DNA from: Octopus sinensis
Lineage: Eukaryota
Direction: 5' to 3'
Length of the DNA stretch: 13,668 nucleotides
NCBI RefSeq assembly: GCF_006345805.1
Contig: NW_021826056.1
Span: 1-13,668 of the forward strand
A program made the position numbers and the translations under genes. The notes below the pieces were generated by a model that saw only the letters and a program-made list of their open reading frames with translations, was not told where the DNA came from and did no database searches. Below are positions 10,133-13,668 of the stretch, piece by piece (the stretch's first letter is position 1; each line of letters starts with the position of its first letter).

Positions 10133-10558
10133 TAAGAAATACTAAATTTCTAAATCTCTCGTAGAGACATGTACGGTGGTGGGGCGATAGAATGGTTGTA
10201 TACTGTCAATCTAACACGAACGTGACAGTAGGGGGGTACACCACCGCTGTATAGCCCTAGGAAGCATCGACGCCTCCTGATGGCTTTGACACATTTTTCC
10301 CTGTGTCCTTATATACATTTACGAAGGGGAGACAAACACCCTAGGCCGATGAAGGACAATGATCCTGAAACACGGTGTCCCTAGATGCAGCTCCGGCGGC
10401 CGGGGGTGTTTGTCTCCCCTTCGAAAGTGTATATAAGGACACAGGGAAAAATGTGTCAAAGCCATCAGGAGGCGTCGATGCTTCCTAGGGCTATACAGCG
10501 GTGGTGTACCCCCCTACTGTCACGTTCGTGTTAGATTGACAGTATACAACCATTCTAT
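10133..10558. mobile_element. Non-autonomous fold-back element with a central hammerhead ribozyme (probable PLE/retrozyme-like derivative)
   Basis: 54-bp unique left end, inverted arms 10187-10341 and 10404-10558 (155 bp, about 2 mismatches), and a 62-nt loop holding the HHR. TSD ATCTTTTA at 10125-10132 and 10559-10566 (15 bp if microhomology is counted). Both termini match the copy at 10824-11286. Confidence 0.88.
10341..10384 (+). ncRNA. Type I hammerhead ribozyme motif
   Basis: Stem I CTAGG/CCTAG, core CCGATGA (U4>C), stem II AGGA-CAATGA-TCCT, GAAA, stem III ACAC-G-GTGT, GUC triplet with predicted cleavage after 10379. Confidence 0.85.
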
Positions 10559-10581
10559 ATCTTTTATGTTTTACCTTTTAC

Positions 10582-10716
10582 TTTTTCCAGCTGAGTGAAC
10601 TGGAGCGATGTGAAGTAAAGTGTTTTGCTCAAGGACACAACGCGTCGCCGGGAATTGAACTCACGATATTAAGATCGTGAGCCGAATACCCTAACCACTA
10701 GGCCATGCGCCTCTCC
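10582..10716 (-). mobile_element. Family B SINE, diverged, 3'-truncated
   Basis: Minus strand GGCGCATGGCCTAGTGGTTAGGG...GAGTTCAATTCC...GTGTCCTTGAGCAAAACACTTTACTTCACATCGCTCCAG. Confidence 0.85.
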
Positions 10717-10823
10717 ACCGTGTAAGAAATATTAGGTGGTTGACCAAGTTTTAGCGCTGCCTGCTTTTAAGCTCGACGTTTCGTGCCCATATTCCATTTT
10801 GCTGAAGAAATATTATTCTTTAA

Positions 10824-11286
10824 TAAGAAATATTGAATTTCTAAATCTCTCGTAGAGACATGTACGGTGGTGGAGCGATAGAATGGTAGTATACTGTCAA
10901 TCTAACAAGAACGTGACAGTAGGGGGTACACCACCGCTATATAGCCTAGGAAGCATCGAACGCCTCCTGATGGCTTTGACACATTTTTCCCTGTGTCCTT
11001 ATATACATTTACGAATGTATATAAGGACACAGGGGAAAATGTGTCAAAGCCATCAGGAGGCGTTCGATGCTTCCCGCTATATAGCCCTAGGAAGCATCGA
11101 CGCCTCCTGATGGCTTTGACACATTTTTCCCTGTGTCCTTATATACATACGAATGTGTATATAAGGACACAGGGAAAAATGTGTCAAAGCCATCAGGAGG
11201 CGTTCGATGCTTCCTAGGGCTATAAAGCGGTGGTGTACCCCCTACTGTCACATTCTTGTTAGATTGACAGTATACAACCATTCTAT
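10824..11286. mobile_element. Second copy of the fold-back element: ribozyme deleted, internal duplication (double hairpin)
   Basis: Same ends as 10133-10558 (TAAGAAATA...CCATTCTAT). 11-bp TSD TTATTCTTTAA at 10813-10823 and 11287-11297. Symmetry centres at ~11011 and ~11150. Confidence 0.88.
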
Positions 11287-11369
11287 TTATTCTTTAAATT
11301 TCGGGAAGTGAACTATCCACCAAACAAGTCTATTTGATCTGAGGCCGTGTGTTCAACACTGCAATCGTT

Positions 11370-11587
11370 ATATTTTCCAAATTTTCATAACTTAACGATG
11401 TTCATCTTTGTGGCGTTATTGACACTGTCAGTAATTGCATAAAACCAATTTAAAACTTGAGCGCTTAATCTTACATCGTTTAAAAGAGCAAAACATTTTT
11501 CTATGCTTATAGAGAGAGTCTTAAATAATTAAATAAGCGGGGTAAAATAGCTTTCAATCATCTGTAAGCTCTTATCTTTAAATTAAG
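11370..11587 (-). repeat. Old dispersed repeat, copy 2 (homologous to ~4290-4498)
   Basis: See copy 1. Confidence 0.7.
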
Positions 11588-11634
11588 TAACATCACCAAA
11601 TACATACGTACGTGTGTGTATATATATATAAATA

Positions 11635-11640
<6 letters not shown>

Positions 11641-11670
<30 letters not shown>

Positions 11671-11696
11671 TGTATGTATGTATGTATGTATGTATG
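11641..11696. repeat. (TATG)n microsatellite
   Basis: Direct reading. Confidence 0.95.
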
Positions 11697-11797
11697 CCTG
11701 TATGTATATATGAGTGTGTGTGCGTGTACACACACACACATGTACATATATGACTATATGTATCTATGTATATACATATAAATCCATATACATGTAT

Positions 11798-12087
11798 GGA
11801 GGCGCAATGGCCCAGTGGTTAGGGCAGCGGACTCGCAGTCGTAGGATCGCGGTTTCGATTCCCAGACCGGGCGTTGTGAGTGAAACACCTAAAAGCTCCA
11901 CGAGGCTCCGGCAGAGGGTGGTGGGGATCCCTGCTGTACTCTTTCGCCACAACTTTCTCTCACACTTTCTTCTGTTGGCCTGCTCGCTTAGCTAGCGGGT
12001 TGGCGTCATTTGAAGGCTAAAACAATGCGAAGCGCATTTTGACCAGCGATGTGTAGCAACATCTGATAGCCTGGTTGGTCACGGTGA
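11798..12087 (+). mobile_element. tRNA-derived SINE, family A, third 3' tail variant
   Basis: A box TGGCCCAGTGG and B box GGTTTCGATTCC. The body matches 375-795 up to ACAACTTTCTCTCACACTTTCTTC, then a different tail ends in (TA)n. Confidence 0.85.
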
Positions 12088-12101
12088 TATATATATTTAC
12101 T

Positions 12102-12321
12102 TATACAATAATATGTTACATTACTCGATAGTCAAGATAAATCTCTTCGGTTATCTAGCCAGATAACCGAAGAGATGGTGTTGTGGATTTCCACTTCGGC
12201 ATCTGAAACTCAGAGTTTTATCTTGACTATCGAGTAATGTAACATATTATTGTATAGATAAATTTCCTCTATTTACATAATATGAGGCTCTCTTTCTTTC
12301 TTTGTTATCTAACGTTTACCA
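12102..12321 (+). mobile_element. Second family of fold-back element carrying a hammerhead-like motif (probable PLE inverted pLTR remnant)
   Basis: Perfect inverted repeats 12102-12140/12218-12256 (39 bp) and 12141-12156/12161-12176 (16 bp), plus a 65-bp one-sided extension. The direct repeat ATATATTTACTTATA lies at 12091-12105 and 12322-12336. Confidence 0.8.
12161..12223 (+). ncRNA. Type I hammerhead-like motif (variant)
   Basis: Stem I AGATAA/TTATCT, core CCGAAGA, long stem II GATG..GTGG(ATTT)CCAC..CATC, one extra T before GAAA, stem III ACTC-A-GAGT, GUU site after 12217. Confidence 0.65.
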
Positions 12322-12330
12322 ATATATTTA

Positions 12331-12332
<2 letters not shown>

Positions 12333-12372
<40 letters not shown>

Positions 12373-12430
12373 TATATATATATATATATATATATATTGT
12401 ATATATATATATATACTACATATATATATA
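12333..12430. repeat. (TA)n microsatellite
   Basis: Direct reading. Confidence 0.95.
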
Positions 12431-12632
12431 CAACATGATTTTATATTGCGTCTAACTACCTTTATTATTTTATATCTGTGTGTGTGTATGTCTTTGATGT
12501 ATAAAAAAAGGTCCTTAGTCAATTCTATATTTGCACATATATAATAAACTCTTCTATGAATTCAATATATTTTATTATGCAAACGTTGAACTGCAGGATG
12601 GAGGTAAAATTACATTTAAATATTTCTACATA

Positions 12633-12833
12633 CCGTATTTGCCGTTGTATAAAACGCGCTTTTTTTTATTCTTAAATGAACCAAAAATTTGTCATCCATC
12701 AAATGCGACTGAATAACGGATAGGTTACCAATCGCACAGATGTAAAATGAAATATATTAAACTTGTTTTTTTTCCCAACAAGGTAGGGCTTTTGTCTTAT
12801 GCGAGCGTGTGTCTTCTACAGCGTTAAATACGG
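12633..12833. mobile_element. Old Tc1/mariner (Tc2/pogo-like) MITE
   Basis: Left TIR CCGTATTTGCCGTTGTATAAAACGC matches the reverse complement of the right TIR, CCGTATTTAACGCTGTAGAAGACAC, at 19/25. The flanks are TA and CA (a mutated TA TSD). CCGTATTT termini are typical of Tc2-group elements. Confidence 0.7.
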
Positions 12834-13243
12834 CACCTCGACAATCACATCCATATATACACATATATACATATCACCTCGTGTTACACAGTAACTATGT
12901 TACATACACACATGTACGATTATAGAACTAAAACAATTCATTAAAAAATTATCAAGCTGTGAATAGCTTTAAATTTAGTCACGAATAAAATTTTTGGGAA
13001 TCTCTTAACGAAAATCATCATGGATTTAAATTAAATACAAATTAACAGAAAATAATAGACAAAATTCATCATGGCTAAAAATGTCATCTTCTTTCCAATC
13101 GTGACTATCACCACAGTATAGAATGGATATATATGTGCAATCAAAGCTAAAGCGTTTAAATATTATGTAATGATCGAAAAGGCTCTGGAATATCAAACAC
13201 CCAGAATTAGCCTTTGTATGTAGATATCTTCTTTTATTTTCCT

Positions 13244-13405
13244 CTGCTTGGTTCAGTCATTGGACTGCAGCCATGCTGGGGCACTGCCTTGAGGAGTGTT
13301 TGTCGAACAAGTCGATCCCAGCAATTTTTTTTTCTTTTCAAGTATGGTACTTGTCCTACTTGTCTATTTTGCCGAAGCGCTAAGTTAGGGAACGTAAATA
13401 CACCA
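13244..13405 (-). mobile_element. 3' portion of a diverged family D SINE
   Basis: TTTTGCCGAAGCGCTAAGTTAGGGAACGTAAATACACCAG matches 6627-6666, and the copy extends further into the 3' tail (CAGTCATTGGACTGCAGCCATGCTGG). Confidence 0.75.
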
Positions 13406-13460
13406 GTTTTCTTTTTGCATGATGGCATGATGTAATACTCACTTTTGATCATCAATAAAG

Positions 13461-13545
13461 AACGCGTCTGAAACAGCTGTAGAAAACTGCAACCCCTATA
13501 TATAACGCGTCTGAAACGGCTGTAGTAAACTGCAACCCCTTATAT
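13461..13545 (+). repeat. 43-bp tandem duplication
   Basis: AACGCGTCTGAAACAGCTGTAGAAAACTGCAACCCCTATATAT is repeated at 13504 with few changes. Confidence 0.85.
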
Positions 13546-13668
13546 AACACAGAGGGGTTTTCTTTGGGTGAGTAAATATTAAAATTAAATACCTGATCCT
13601 TTCTGATCCTAAAATCTTATTACACACGTGCACAGGCACACGCTTACACGCGCGCGCGCACCACACAC

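Noticed and set aside
10133-10558. Classical DNA-transposon MITE
   Set aside because: The inverted repeats are not terminal, TSD length differs between copies, and the loop is a ribozyme motif. Not fully excluded without genome-wide data.
10770-10810. CGAAACGTC (minus strand) near CTGAAGA (plus strand) as a hammerhead
   Set aside because: The two half-cores lie on opposite strands and no stem II can form.
11798-11875. Genuine tRNA genes at the SINE heads
   Set aside because: A and B boxes are present, but there is no proper acceptor stem and each head runs into a repeated SINE body.

Overview
Non-coding, AT-rich, microsatellite-rich animal DNA. The SINE families and (TA)n/(TATC)n/(CA)n content suggest an octopus or other cephalopod genome (recognised by eye, not database-verified). 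No intact protein-coding gene is supported; the listed ORFs are microsatellite or SINE artefacts. The window holds about a dozen tRNA-derived SINE loci from four families (two as head-to-tail arrays), a Tc2-like MITE, a decayed Tc1-like transposase fragment and an old duplicated segment with coding-like divergence. The main signal is a set of small ORF-less elements carrying type I hammerhead ribozyme (HHR) motifs. A 426-bp element (10133-10558) folds into a ~155-bp hairpin with a complete HHR (CCGAUGA core, GUC site) at its tip and is flanked by a target-site duplication (TSD). A ribozyme-less double-hairpin sibling lies at 10824-11286. A sequence-unrelated element with the same plan lies at 12102-12321. 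A Penelope-type minimal HHR sits at 1556-1591. These are most plausibly non-autonomous Penelope-like (PLE) or retrozyme-like derivatives.
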